Positions 19,538-29,216 are shown, counted from the first letter of the stretch. The stretch: 64,000 nt of DNA from an uncultured Pelagibacteraceae bacterium (GCA_902570125.1 CACFXK010000002.1:18380-82379), one strand, 5' to 3'. Program-made: numbers and translations. Notes: generated by a model not told the origin, from the sequence alone.

Positions 19538-19834
19538 ATGGAATTAAAAGAAAAAGTAATTGAAGAAATAAAAAAAATTTATGATCCTGAAATACCAGTA
19601 AATATTTACGAACTTGGATTAATATATGATATTGCGGTAGACAAAAAAAATATTAGTGTAAAAATGACACTTACCACTCCAAATTGTCCAGTAGCTGAAA
19701 GTTTGCCTAAAGAAGTTAAAGATAGTATTATGCAATTAGAAGAAGTTGACAAAGTAGATTTAGATTTAGTTTGGGAACCACCATGGGATAAATCTATGAT
19801 GTCAGAAGCAGCAAAATTAGAGTTAAACTTATGA
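19538..19834 (+). CDS. sufT: DUF59 / SufT-like Fe-S assembly protein
   Basis: YDPEIPVNIYELGLIY, MTLTTPNCP, VWEPPW. Confidence 0.88.
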   Translation: MELKEKVIEEIKKIYDPEIPVNIYELGLIYDIAVDKKNISVKMTLTTPNCPVAESLPKEVKDSIMQLEEVDKVDLDLVWEPPWDKSMMSEAAKLELNL

Positions 19835-20166
19835 CAAAACAAGTTATATCATTAAGCGATCAAGCAGCAAACAGGATAAAAGAAATTATGTCTTCAGCTG
19901 AAAATGGATCTATTGGTGTTAGAGTTGGAGTAAAATCAGGTGGATGTGCAGGTATGTCTTATATTATGGAATACACAAAAGAAATTAATCCTAATGACGA
20001 GATTATTGAAGATAAGGGAGTAAAAGTATTCATTGATCCAGCAGCAGTAATGTATCTTTTTGGAACTGAAATGGATTATAAAAAAGAGCAATTTTCTTCT
20101 CAATTTGTATTTAATAACCCTAATGAAACTGAGAGATGTGGCTGCGGAGAATCTTTTAAAGTTTAA
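19831..20166 (+). CDS. sufA: A-type Fe-S carrier (SufA/IscA, HesB family)
   Basis: GGCAGMSY and CGCGESF motifs. Confidence 0.92.
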   Translation: MTKQVISLSDQAANRIKEIMSSAENGSIGVRVGVKSGGCAGMSYIMEYTKEINPNDEIIEDKGVKVFIDPAAVMYLFGTEMDYKKEQFSSQFVFNNPNETERCGCGESFKV

Positions 20167-20304
20167 CTATTGGTAATAGGAAATAAACCAATATTGACCT
20201 CTTTTATTCATAGAATAAGTTTTATTTTTTCTTCTCTTAGACCTCTTGGTTTCTAGTTTTTTGTAACCAATAATATTTTTTAATGTTGATATGATCTTTA
20301 TCAT
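20167..20304 (-). CDS. Putative 45-aa basic small protein
   Basis: ATG 20304 to TAG 20167 reads MIKIISTLKNIIGYKKLETKRSKRRKNKTYSMNKRGQYWFISYYQ; its stop abuts the sufA stop exactly. Confidence 0.5.
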   Translation of the reverse strand: MIKIISTLKNIIGYKKLETKRSKRRKNKTYSMNKRGQYWFISYYQ

Positions 20305-20343
20305 ATCTTTTCATAACAAAAATAAATGAAATTAGAATTCTAA

Positions 20344-20380
20344 TATGGGAATACCTGCTATTACTGCAGGTAATCCCATA
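20344..20380 (-). terminator. Stem-loop downstream of glnA (terminator or mRNA stabiliser)
   Basis: TATGGGA-A-TACCTGC-tattact-GCAGGTA-A-TCCCATA, 12 nt past the glnA stop; U-tract is weak. Confidence 0.7.
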
Positions 20381-20392
20381 AAATTAAGCTGT

Positions 20393-21799
20393 TTAACAGC
20401 TATAATACATGTCGAATTCAATAGGGTGCGGCGTATGTTCAAAATTATGAATTTCCTCATATTTAAGTTCAATATACGCATCTATTTGATCATCAGTAAA
20501 TACATTGCCTTTAGTTAAGAAGCTTCTATCTTTATCCAAAGCTTCCATTGCTTCTCTTAAAGATCCGCAAACAGTTGGTACCTTCTTAACTTGCTTTTCT
20601 GATAAAGCATAAAGGTCTTTGTCGAACGATTTACCTGGATCAATTTTATTTTTTATTCCATCAATACCAGCCATAAGCATAGAAGCAAATGTTAAGTATG
20701 GATTTCCAGATGCATCTGGGAATCTGATTTCGCATCTTGCGCCTTTTTTACTTAATGTGATTGGAATTCTGCATGAAGCCGATCTATTTCTTGCAGAGTA
20801 TGCAAGTAAAACAGGAGCCTCAAATCCAGGTATTAATCTTTTGTAACTATTTGTAGTCGCATTAGCAAATGCATTAATTGCTTTTGCATGTTTTAATACT
20901 CCACCAATATAATAGAGAGCTGTTTGAGACAATCCTGCATATTTGTTTCCAGAAAAAACCGGAGTTTTGCCTTTCCATATTGATTGGTGAGTATGCATTC
21001 CTGAACCATTATCTCCTTTAACTGGCTTAGGCATAAAAGTTGCAGTTTTACCAAAAGAGTGAGAAACCATTTGAACTACATATTTGTATAGTTGGACGTT
21101 GTCTGCTTGATTAACTAAAGTTCCAAATAACATTCCAAGTTCATGTTGACTTGGAGCAACTTCATGGTGGTGTTTTTCTACTGTAATTCCAACATCTCTT
21201 AGTCCTTTAAGATATTCACCTCTCATATCTTGAGCACTATCTACTGGTGGCACAGGAAAATATCCTCCTTTTACTCCAGGTCTATGACCCATGTTTCCAT
21301 TATCATAAGATTTTCCAGAGTTATATGGACCTTCTGAACTATCAATTGAAAAACTTGTTTCATTCATATCATTTTTAATTCTGACGTCGTCAAAAACAAA
21401 AAATTCAGGCTCTGGTCCAAAGTATGCTGTATCACCAATTCCTGTTTTCTTTAAATATGCTTCAGCTTTTTTTGCAATTCCTCTTGGATCTCTTTCATAG
21501 GGATCTCTCTTAACTGCATCTAAAATATCACAAAATAAAATTAAAGTATTATGAGATGTATAAGGATCTATTACTTTTCTACTTAAATCAGGCTTTAATA
21601 TCATGTCAGATTCATTAATTGCTTTCCATCCTGCAATTGACGATCCATCAAAAAATACACCGTCATTTAACATTCCTTCATCTACAATAGTTGTATCCAT
21701 TGTTAAATGTTGAAGTTTTCCCCTTGGGTCCGTAAATCTAAGATCTACAAACTCAATATTCTTAGACTTCATTAATTTTAGTACGTCCTTAGCGCTCAT
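20393..21799 (-). CDS. glnA: Glutamine synthetase type I
   Basis: FDGSSIAGW, HHHEVA, FMPKPVKGDNGSGMH, NSYKRLIPGFEAP, EIRFPD; TAGGAG RBS. Confidence 0.98.
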   Translation of the reverse strand: MSAKDVLKLMKSKNIEFVDLRFTDPRGKLQHLTMDTTIVDEGMLNDGVFFDGSSIAGWKAINESDMILKPDLSRKVIDPYTSHNTLILFCDILDAVKRDPYERDPRGIAKKAEAYLKKTGIGDTAYFGPEPEFFVFDDVRIKNDMNETSFSIDSSEGPYNSGKSYDNGNMGHRPGVKGGYFPVPPVDSAQDMRGEYLKGLRDVGITVEKHHHEVAPSQHELGMLFGTLVNQADNVQLYKYVVQMVSHSFGKTATFMPKPVKGDNGSGMHTHQSIWKGKTPVFSGNKYAGLSQTALYYIGGVLKHAKAINAFANATTNSYKRLIPGFEAPVLLAYSARNRSASCRIPITLSKKGARCEIRFPDASGNPYLTFASMLMAGIDGIKNKIDPGKSFDKDLYALSEKQVKKVPTVCGSLREAMEALDKDRSFLTKGNVFTDDQIDAYIELKYEEIHNFEHTPHPIEFDMYYSC

Positions 21800-21940
21800 A
21801 TTATCTCCTATAATTTTTTAATTTTCTTATCAGTTAAGAAAAGATAAATAATGCCTATTAAATAGATATCACTTATGCTTTTTTTACATGTATATTAACC
21901 TTAAAAAATTAGAATTTTCAATCAATCCTAAGTTGCAATA

Positions 21941-22420
21941 ATGAGTTTATTAAATAAAGAACCAGTTAAAAGAGCTGAAAAAGCATTAAAAGAATTCGAT
22001 GAAACTTTATCAGTCACAGAATTAGAAAATACAGCAAGAACTGCTCTTGACGCAGCAAAATCTTTAAATTGTGAGGTAGGGGCAATTGTAAAAAGTTTAC
22101 TTTTTAAAAATGGTGATAATTATTTTTTATGTTTGGTCTCTGGTGACAAAAGATGTTCATTAAACAAATTAAAAAATTTTTTTAATAGTAAAGATTTAAG
22201 GATGGCATCACCTAATGATGTGAAAGAACAAACTGGATATACAATAGGAGGAGTTTCACCTGTAGGTCATAAAAATACTTTAGAGATTTTAGTTGATAGA
22301 TCTTTAAATAGGTTTAAGGATTTATATGCAGCAGCAGGACATCCAAACTGTATTTTTAAAATTAATTTTGATGATCTTATTAAAATAACAAATGGATCAA
22401 TAGAAGACTTAATTGAATGA
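21941..22420 (+). CDS. YbaK/EbsC aminoacyl-tRNA editing domain protein
   Basis: IVKSLLF, TGYTIGGVSPVG, YAAAG. Confidence 0.9.
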   Translation: MSLLNKEPVKRAEKALKEFDETLSVTELENTARTALDAAKSLNCEVGAIVKSLLFKNGDNYFLCLVSGDKRCSLNKLKNFFNSKDLRMASPNDVKEQTGYTIGGVSPVGHKNTLEILVDRSLNRFKDLYAAAGHPNCIFKINFDDLIKITNGSIEDLIE

Positions 22421-23310
22421 AATCTCCAAACGCTACTGATTATTTTATTCTTACTTTTTTAGCCTTACTTTGGGCTTCAGCTTTTTTTAATATTAAAATT
22501 GCAACATATTCTTATGGACCAATAACTATAGCTTTTTTAAGAATTTTTTTTGGCATGATACCATTATTATTAATTTGTTATTTTAAAAAAATAAAAATTG
22601 AAGCGTTTTCTAAAGATTGGAAATGGTTTGCAGCAATTGGTATCATTAATTTAGTTATACCTTTTTTCCTAATAGCATACGGGGTTCAGAAAGTTCAAAG
22701 TAACTTAGCAGCAATTTTAATGTCAACTACACCTATAAGTGCAACAATACTCGCACATTTCTTTGCAGAAGGAGAGAAAATAAATATAATAAAAATATTT
22801 GGAATAGTATTAGGTTTTTCAGGAATTGTTTATTTATTCTCAGAAAATTTACTTATAAATAGTGAAAATTTATTTTCTGCTCTAATGATTCTTTTGGGAT
22901 CCACTTTTTATGTTATTGGAGGAATTTTAACATTAAAAATTAGTAATAAGAAAAATGAAAATGTAACTGCATCAATTCTTATTTGGGGTGCTTTAATCGT
23001 TTGTCCAATATCACTAATAATTGAGCAACCTTGGAATTTAAATCCATCATTTGGGTCTACATTATCTCTAATTTATCTTGGTATTTTTCCAACGGGGATA
23101 GCATGGTTATTAAGATTTATGATTTTAAAGAAAAATGGCTTAGTTTTTCAAAGTCAGGTCGCTTATCTAATACCGATTTTTGGTGTTATTTTAGGATTTA
23201 TTTTCCTAAACGAGTTAGTAACACCTAAAATTTTAATAGCTTTATGTGCTGTTGTCTTAGGAATTTATTTTGTAAAAAAAGCAGGAGATAAAAAAATACA
23301 AAGTATATAA
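22417..23310 (+). CDS. DMT/EamA family transporter
   Basis: About 10 hydrophobic segments, two EamA repeats (LALLWASAF...; YLIPIFGVILGFIFLNE). Confidence 0.88.
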   Translation: MKSPNATDYFILTFLALLWASAFFNIKIATYSYGPITIAFLRIFFGMIPLLLICYFKKIKIEAFSKDWKWFAAIGIINLVIPFFLIAYGVQKVQSNLAAILMSTTPISATILAHFFAEGEKINIIKIFGIVLGFSGIVYLFSENLLINSENLFSALMILLGSTFYVIGGILTLKISNKKNENVTASILIWGALIVCPISLIIEQPWNLNPSFGSTLSLIYLGIFPTGIAWLLRFMILKKNGLVFQSQVAYLIPIFGVILGFIFLNELVTPKILIALCAVVLGIYFVKKAGDKKIQSI

Positions 23311-23317
23311 AAAATTT

Positions 23318-24334
23318 CTAATTTTTTTTTAATTTTTCAAATTTTTTTGACTTAACTGATTTTTGTGCAGCTTCTGCTAACATTATAGACTTTCTTCCAT
23401 CTTCAAAAACAGCTCTAGGTTTTATATTTTTTTTGCAAAAGTTTGCAAGGTCAGATAGTTGCAATCTAAAAGCTTCTGCATATCTCTCTATAAAAAAATG
23501 AAGGAGCGGGGATTTATTATTTGTTGAATTTTTTAAAAAGAGATTAGTTTCAGTATCTCTTTTATTATCAGATATCATCATTCCTTTTGTTCCAAAAAGT
23601 TCAACTCTTTGGTCATAACCAAAACTACAATGTCTTGAATTAGTTATAATGCATTGCACTCCTTTTTTCGACTTAAGCACTGTTGTTGCAAGCTCATAGT
23701 CTTTTAATTTATTAAATCTTTGGTCTGATATGTTACTTCCAGTAGCAAATACTGATATAAATTCATCTGAACCTAAGTAATACCTTGCTAAATCAAAATC
23801 ATGTATCATCATATCTTTAAAAATACCTCCAGAACCTTTTAAATAAGATAATGAAGGAGGAGCAGGGTCCCGACTAGTTATAATAATTTTTTCAAGTCTG
23901 CCTATTTTATTTTTTAATAAATTCTTTTTAAGTAAATTATGTCCAGGATCATATCTTCTATTAAAGCCTATTTGAACTTTAGGATTAAGTTTTTTAATTT
24001 TTGTTAATGATGAATTAATTTTTTTTAAATTTAAATCTAGTGGTTTTTCGCAAAAGATTACTTTTTTGTATTTTGCGCCCTTTTCAATAAATTTTAAATG
24101 TGTAGAAGTAGACGAGGCTATAAAAATACATCTAATTTCATTATCTTTAAAAGCTATATCTGGATTGTTTATAGAAATAGAATTAAATTTTTTTGAAACT
24201 TTGTTTGATAGATTCTTATTTAAATCAAAAACATATTTCAATTCAAATTCACTATTTTTTCTTAAATTGTTAGCATGCATCTGGCCAATTCTACCAAGGC
24301 CTAATAGAGCAGTTTTTATTTGATTTTTACCCAT
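23318..24334 (-). CDS. iolG: myo-inositol 2-dehydrogenase
   Basis: GLGRIG, CEKPL, IGFNRRYD, SRDPAPP, SGGIFKDMMIHDFD, NSRHCSFGYDQRVE. Confidence 0.88.
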   Translation of the reverse strand: MGKNQIKTALLGLGRIGQMHANNLRKNSEFELKYVFDLNKNLSNKVSKKFNSISINNPDIAFKDNEIRCIFIASSTSTHLKFIEKGAKYKKVIFCEKPLDLNLKKINSSLTKIKKLNPKVQIGFNRRYDPGHNLLKKNLLKNKIGRLEKIIITSRDPAPPSLSYLKGSGGIFKDMMIHDFDLARYYLGSDEFISVFATGSNISDQRFNKLKDYELATTVLKSKKGVQCIITNSRHCSFGYDQRVELFGTKGMMISDNKRDTETNLFLKNSTNNKSPLLHFFIERYAEAFRLQLSDLANFCKKNIKPRAVFEDGRKSIMLAEAAQKSVKSKKFEKLKKN

Positions 24335-25461
24335 CTTTTTTTTCTATTTGAAACTTTGCATGCATCGATAAATTTTGCAGTTTCCAGTCCTTCGTCCTCA
24401 TTAGGGTAAAAATACCTTTTTTTTACATTATTTTTCAAAGAAGCTGCAAATTCACGATAAATATTTGCAAATGCATCTAAATAACCTTCAGGATGTCCAA
24501 ATTTTAATCTAGAAAATTTTTTAGACAATTCGGCATTAAAAAAACCTCTTTCAATAAATTTAACAGCACCATTAGATGGATTAAGTTTTAAATAGTTTGG
24601 ATCGTTTTGAACCCATTCCAAACTTCCTTTCGTTCCAAATATTCTTATTCGTAATCCGTAAACACCGCCTCTAGCCATCACACTTGTCCAAAACATTCCT
24701 TTAGCTCCATTATTAAAATTAATCATTACTTGAGCATTGTTGTCCATTTTAACTTTATTTGAAACTTGTTTAATATCTGCAAAAATAGTTTTACCTTTTA
24801 AACCTGATATATAAGTTGCCATATGATATGCATGGGACCCAATTTCATTCAGGACCGCTGAAGCTCCAACGATATTTTTGTCTATTTTCCATTTAAACTT
24901 TTTCTTTGCATTTTTTTGAGTGATATTTTCTCCATCTGACCAATCCTGAACATATTCAACATTTATATATTCAACTTTTCCAATTTTACCTTTTTCAACC
25001 AATACTTTTGCTTCTCTAACCATAGGATAAGCAGAATAATTATGTGTCAAAGCATACTTAATTTTTTTATTTGATTTTATTTTTTTAAATAATTTCTTAG
25101 CTTGGGCAAGATTTCCAGCAAATGGTTTATCAGAAATCACATTAATATTTTTATCAATAAATTTTTCAGCAATAATTTGGTGACTTGAAGGAGGTGTCAT
25201 TATAGCCACAACATTAATACCATCTTTTCTTTCCGCTTCTCTTTCAGCCATTTCTCTAAAATTTGAATAGCATCTCTCTTTTAAAATACCTAGGCTTTGA
25301 CCAAAGCTTTTAGATAGTTTTGAATTTCTTGAAAAAACACCAGCAACTATCTCATATTGATTATCAAATCTTGATGAAATTCTATGAACATTACCAATCC
25401 AGGATTTTGGGCCACCTCCAACTACACCAAGCTGGATTTTTTTTCCTTTAATTAATCTCAT
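24316..25461 (-). CDS. Gfo/Idh/MocA oxidoreductase (inositol/polyol-associated subfamily)
   Basis: GVVGGG..SWIG.VH, DKP, EYVQDW, EIGSHAYH, GHPEGYLDAFANIY; start moved to ATG 25461 to remove overlap with iolE. Confidence 0.85.
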   Translation of the reverse strand: MRLIKGKKIQLGVVGGGPKSWIGNVHRISSRFDNQYEIVAGVFSRNSKLSKSFGQSLGILKERCYSNFREMAEREAERKDGINVVAIMTPPSSHQIIAEKFIDKNINVISDKPFAGNLAQAKKLFKKIKSNKKIKYALTHNYSAYPMVREAKVLVEKGKIGKVEYINVEYVQDWSDGENITQKNAKKKFKWKIDKNIVGASAVLNEIGSHAYHMATYISGLKGKTIFADIKQVSNKVKMDNNAQVMINFNNGAKGMFWTSVMARGGVYGLRIRIFGTKGSLEWVQNDPNYLKLNPSNGAVKFIERGFFNAELSKKFSRLKFGHPEGYLDAFANIYREFAASLKNNVKKRYFYPNEDEGLETAKFIDACKVSNRKKRWVKIK

Positions 25462-25492
25462 GATTAAATATATCTTAACAAATAAAAAATTT

Positions 25493-26395
25493 ATGTCAGT
25501 AAAATTAGGTATAGCACCAATTGCTTGGAGTAATGATGACATGCCTGAATTAGGTGGAGATACTCCTTTAGAGCAATGTTTGTCAGAAGCAAGTAAGGCT
25601 GGATATGTTGGTATTGAATCAGGTGGTAAATTCCCAAAAACATCAAACGAATTATTACCAAAGTTAGATAAGTATAACTTAAAATTATGTTCTGGTTGGT
25701 ATAGCGGAAATCTTAGAAAAAATTCTGTTGAACAAGAAAAAAATTTAATTCAAGACCAACTGAAATTATTTAAAGATTGTGAGGCTCCGTGTATCGTTTT
25801 TGCTGAAGTTTTTGGTTCAATACAGGGTGATCCAACAAAAAAACTTTCCAATAGGCCAAAGATGACGGACCAAGAATGGAAAGATTATTGTACAAAAATT
25901 TCTGAACTTGCAAAGTATCTTGAAGATGAAGGTATGCCTTTAGCTTATCACCATCATATGGGTACAGTAATAGAAACAGAAGAAGAAACTATTAGATTAC
26001 TAGAAAACACAGATGATAGTGTAAAATTAACTTTAGATACTGGTCATATGTTATTTGCTAAGGGAAACTCAATTAATATAATTAATAAATTTAAAGAAAG
26101 AGTAATCCACATACACTGCAAAGATATTAGAGAAGAAGTATTAAAAAAAGCCCTTTCTGAAGATTTGAGTTTTAGGGACGCTTTTTTAGAAGGTGCTTTT
26201 ACGGTACCTGGTGATGGGTGTATCGACTACAAACCTCTGTTTGATATTCTAAAAAAAAATAATTATCAAGGTTGGCTTGTCGTAGAGGCTGAACAAGATC
26301 CTAAAAAAGCTAATCCACTTGAGTACGCTATCAAGGGTTACAAATATATTACTGATACTTTAAAGAAATCAAATTTAGAGATTAATAATCTATAA
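25493..26395 (+). CDS. iolE: 2-keto-myo-inositol (myo-inosose-2) dehydratase
   Basis: LGIAPIAWSNDDMPELGG, YHHHMGT, DTGH, HIHCKD, FTVPGDG, VVEAEQDP; start at ATG 25493. Confidence 0.95.
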   Translation: MSVKLGIAPIAWSNDDMPELGGDTPLEQCLSEASKAGYVGIESGGKFPKTSNELLPKLDKYNLKLCSGWYSGNLRKNSVEQEKNLIQDQLKLFKDCEAPCIVFAEVFGSIQGDPTKKLSNRPKMTDQEWKDYCTKISELAKYLEDEGMPLAYHHHMGTVIETEEETIRLLENTDDSVKLTLDTGHMLFAKGNSINIINKFKERVIHIHCKDIREEVLKKALSEDLSFRDAFLEGAFTVPGDGCIDYKPLFDILKKNNYQGWLVVEAEQDPKKANPLEYAIKGYKYITDTLKKSNLEINNL

Positions 26396-27346
26396 TTTTA
26401 CTTTTTTACTGTCTTCAAGTTTACCATCGAAAAAATCAAAAATATTTTGAATAGTTTCTTTTGCCATTCTAGTCATGCATTCCTCAGTGAATGCTGCAGC
26501 ATGAGGACTAAGGAAAACTTTGTCATTTTTTAATAAAGGATTATCAGCCTCTGGAGGCTCTACCTCAAATACATCAATTCCTGCTCCAAAAATCAAATTT
26601 TCATTCAATGCCCTATCTAAATCTTTTTCATTTATAATACCGCCTCTTGCAGCATTTATGATGATGCAGTTTTTTTTCATCGTTTTTAGAAGTTCGTAAT
26701 TTATAATATTTTTAGTTTGATCAGTTAAAGGTATATGGAGTGAGACAGCATCCATGTCTTTAATAGCTTCTGATAAATCTTCAACTTTTTTACCACCCAT
26801 TTTGCTTATTGTTTCTGAGTCTACAAATGGATCGTAAACAAAAACGTTCATTTCAAATCCTAAACATCTTTTAATCAACGCTTTTCCTATTCTTCCAAAT
26901 CCAGCAATAAGAATGTTTTTATCCCAAATCTCTATAGTTTTTGGTAATTTATTTCGTTCAGTAAATTTTCCATTTTTGACTGAATGGTCATACATACTCT
27001 TTCTTTTTGAGATACTTAAAAGCATGAAAAGAACATGTTCTGCAACTGCCACAGCATTTGCTGTTGCGGTTATTGCTACGTCGATGTTTCCTTTTTTACA
27101 GCTATTTAAATCAATATTATCGTAACCAACTCCATGTCTTGAAATTATTTTAAGGTTTTTTGCATTTTCAATTGCCTCAGCAGGTAATATCGAGGTTCTT
27201 AAAGAAACTGCATCTGCATCTACAATTTTTTGTTTCACATTTTCAACACTTAAATCTTCAACAACCTCGTAACTATAGTCGCTATTACTTTTTAATAATT
27301 CCATACCTTTTTCATGAATAGGTTGGACAATGAGAATTTTTTTCAT
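26390..27346 (-). CDS. D-isomer-specific 2-hydroxyacid dehydrogenase (SerA-like, no ACT domain)
   Basis: SRHGVGYDNID, GFGRIG, INAARGG, DVFEVEP, SPHAA. Confidence 0.88.
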   Translation of the reverse strand: MKKILIVQPIHEKGMELLKSNSDYSYEVVEDLSVENVKQKIVDADAVSLRTSILPAEAIENAKNLKIISRHGVGYDNIDLNSCKKGNIDVAITATANAVAVAEHVLFMLLSISKRKSMYDHSVKNGKFTERNKLPKTIEIWDKNILIAGFGRIGKALIKRCLGFEMNVFVYDPFVDSETISKMGGKKVEDLSEAIKDMDAVSLHIPLTDQTKNIINYELLKTMKKNCIIINAARGGIINEKDLDRALNENLIFGAGIDVFEVEPPEADNPLLKNDKVFLSPHAAAFTEECMTRMAKETIQNIFDFFDGKLEDSKKVKL

Positions 27347-27360
27347 AATTTTAAAAAAAA

Positions 27361-28350
27361 TTATATTAGTCTTGCAAGATCTCTTTTACTATTTCTAAAT
27401 GTTGGAAGTGGATATTTAAATGCATACTTTCTTGGAATACATTTATTCTTTGCCTTTTCCCACAAAGCAATCCATTGCTTGTAGTTGTGGATGGTAATAT
27501 TTTTTTTATTTTTACTTCTTACATAAAAATTGGGCAAAGGTTTCCTACCAGATGGGGTTCCAGCTCTATTGTATCTTAAATCAGCGCTAATTCTAAAATC
27601 ATTGGATATATTAGGCAATGAACAGTGAATGGAGTGTTTGTGTAAAATAATAATATCGCCAACATTAGCCTCCAGAAAAACTGGCTTGTAATTATTAAGT
27701 AGTTTACTATCTTTTATTTCTACCTGACCTCTATATCCTGATATATGATTTAATAGTCCCAATTTATTAATTTCTTTTACTGTAATCATGCATCCATTTT
27801 TTTTAGTAGTTTTAGTAAATGGAATCCAAACAGTTACCATATCAGTTAATCTTTGTCCCAAAGATGATAATACTGCTGCATCCTGATGCCATGGAGTTCT
27901 ACCTGAGAGACCATCGTGAACAGAATGTTTAGGTAATTTATTTTCGGGTTGTTTAATTCTTGTATTTTGAACTGGATTTGAGAGAATTTCTGGCCCTAAT
28001 AATTTTTCAACCACATCCAAGATTTTTTTGTGATTAATTAAATTCCATAAAGATTGAGATGCAAAATAATCACTATCTTTTTTCACGTGATCTCTTGGAA
28101 GTCTAGTATTAAAATATTGATCAAGATCGTAAATTTTTAGTTTTGAAATGTATGTGTATTTTTTTTTAAAGCTATATTTAAAAATTTTTTCTTTCAAATG
28201 CTCAGGAGCAAATTTATGAACTAAATTATCCATTACATATTCCATGTCATTTAAAATTGGTTTTAAATCTTTATTGAAATTAAGAACATTTCTTACTCTT
28301 AGGAAGCCATCTCTATCTAAAATACTCTTTAATTTAGTCTTAATTTGCAT
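27361..28350 (-). CDS. PhyH-family Fe(II)/2-oxoglutarate dioxygenase
   Basis: TPWHQD (HxD), VTVWIPF...NGCM, IHCSLPN (distal His), RISADLRY. Confidence 0.85.
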   Translation of the reverse strand: MQIKTKLKSILDRDGFLRVRNVLNFNKDLKPILNDMEYVMDNLVHKFAPEHLKEKIFKYSFKKKYTYISKLKIYDLDQYFNTRLPRDHVKKDSDYFASQSLWNLINHKKILDVVEKLLGPEILSNPVQNTRIKQPENKLPKHSVHDGLSGRTPWHQDAAVLSSLGQRLTDMVTVWIPFTKTTKKNGCMITVKEINKLGLLNHISGYRGQVEIKDSKLLNNYKPVFLEANVGDIIILHKHSIHCSLPNISNDFRISADLRYNRAGTPSGRKPLPNFYVRSKNKKNITIHNYKQWIALWEKAKNKCIPRKYAFKYPLPTFRNSKRDLARLI

Positions 28351-28355
28351 AATTA

Positions 28356-29216
28356 TTAATATTTTAGCAAATAATTCGAATCATGAAAAGATGTAAGCAT
28401 TCTTTTTTTCGTCGCAACAATATGTGGATGATATTCAAGATTTTTATATTTCCATATCACTGGCTTGTTAAGAGCATAACTTCCATAAATAAAAAATCTT
28501 TTTGGACAGTTTTTTTCCTTAAATCTATTTACTCCGTGATAAGAATTTGGAGTAGATTTAAAGAAAATTACACTTCCCTGTTTTGGTGTGAATTCCTTTA
28601 ATTTATCAAGTTCATTAGTCTTAGGAAACCTTCTAAAGCTTTTTCTAGGGTTTTTGTTTACTTTTTTCCTATATAAAGTAAGTGATCCTCCATTTTTTTT
28701 TGGTATGTCGGTTAAATAGATCAAAAAATTATATAGCCTGTTCACATCATCTCTATGTGGTCTCAATCTATATCCTCCTTTAGATACTGAGAAATCAATA
28801 TCTAAATTTAAATTTGGGTTTTTATAATCTTTACCTAGTAGTTTTTTTAGCTCTTGGGAATTTACTTTTCTTTTAAGTGTATATTTTTTTTTATTAAATT
28901 TTTTTGGTTTAAACAAACTTTCCCAAGTATTTGCCTTAAATTCTTTTTTAAATTTTTTATCAATTTTTTTATAAAAGGATTGTGTATTGAAAGTAGCAAA
29001 AAGTTTTTTTGAGATTTTAGAACTTGAGATATATTTGTTGAAATTTTTTGATCCTTTATTAATCCTACTTCTGCCACCCATAATCATATCATCAAAACTT
29101 TTTGAATTAGTTATTTCTTTAATTAAAGAATAACACACTTTTTTACTGATTATTTGTTCTCCAACAATGACTTGGAAGTTTGATTTAATTTTCTTTAGTT
29201 TACTAATTTTCAGCAT
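28356..29216 (-). CDS. 2OG-Fe(II) oxygenase superfamily protein
   Basis: LRPHRD (HxD), NFLIYL..GGSL, NSYHGV (distal His), downstream Arg (KRFFIY). Confidence 0.8.
   Translation of the reverse strand: MLKISKLKKIKSNFQVIVGEQIISKKVCYSLIKEITNSKSFDDMIMGGRSRINKGSKNFNKYISSSKISKKLFATFNTQSFYKKIDKKFKKEFKANTWESLFKPKKFNKKKYTLKRKVNSQELKKLLGKDYKNPNLNLDIDFSVSKGGYRLRPHRDDVNRLYNFLIYLTDIPKKNGGSLTLYRKKVNKNPRKSFRRFPKTNELDKLKEFTPKQGSVIFFKSTPNSYHGVNRFKEKNCPKRFFIYGSYALNKPVIWKYKNLEYHPHIVATKKRMLTSFHDSNYLLKY

Noticed and set aside
25460-25542. Overlapping N-terminal extensions of ORFs 24316..25542 and 25460..26395
   Set aside because: Family-typical N-termini begin at ATG 25461 (minus) and ATG 25493 (plus); the extensions come from longest-ORF calling.
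26390-27346. serA phosphoglycerate dehydrogenase
   Set aside because: No regulatory C-terminal domain and a catabolic context; only the family can be supported.
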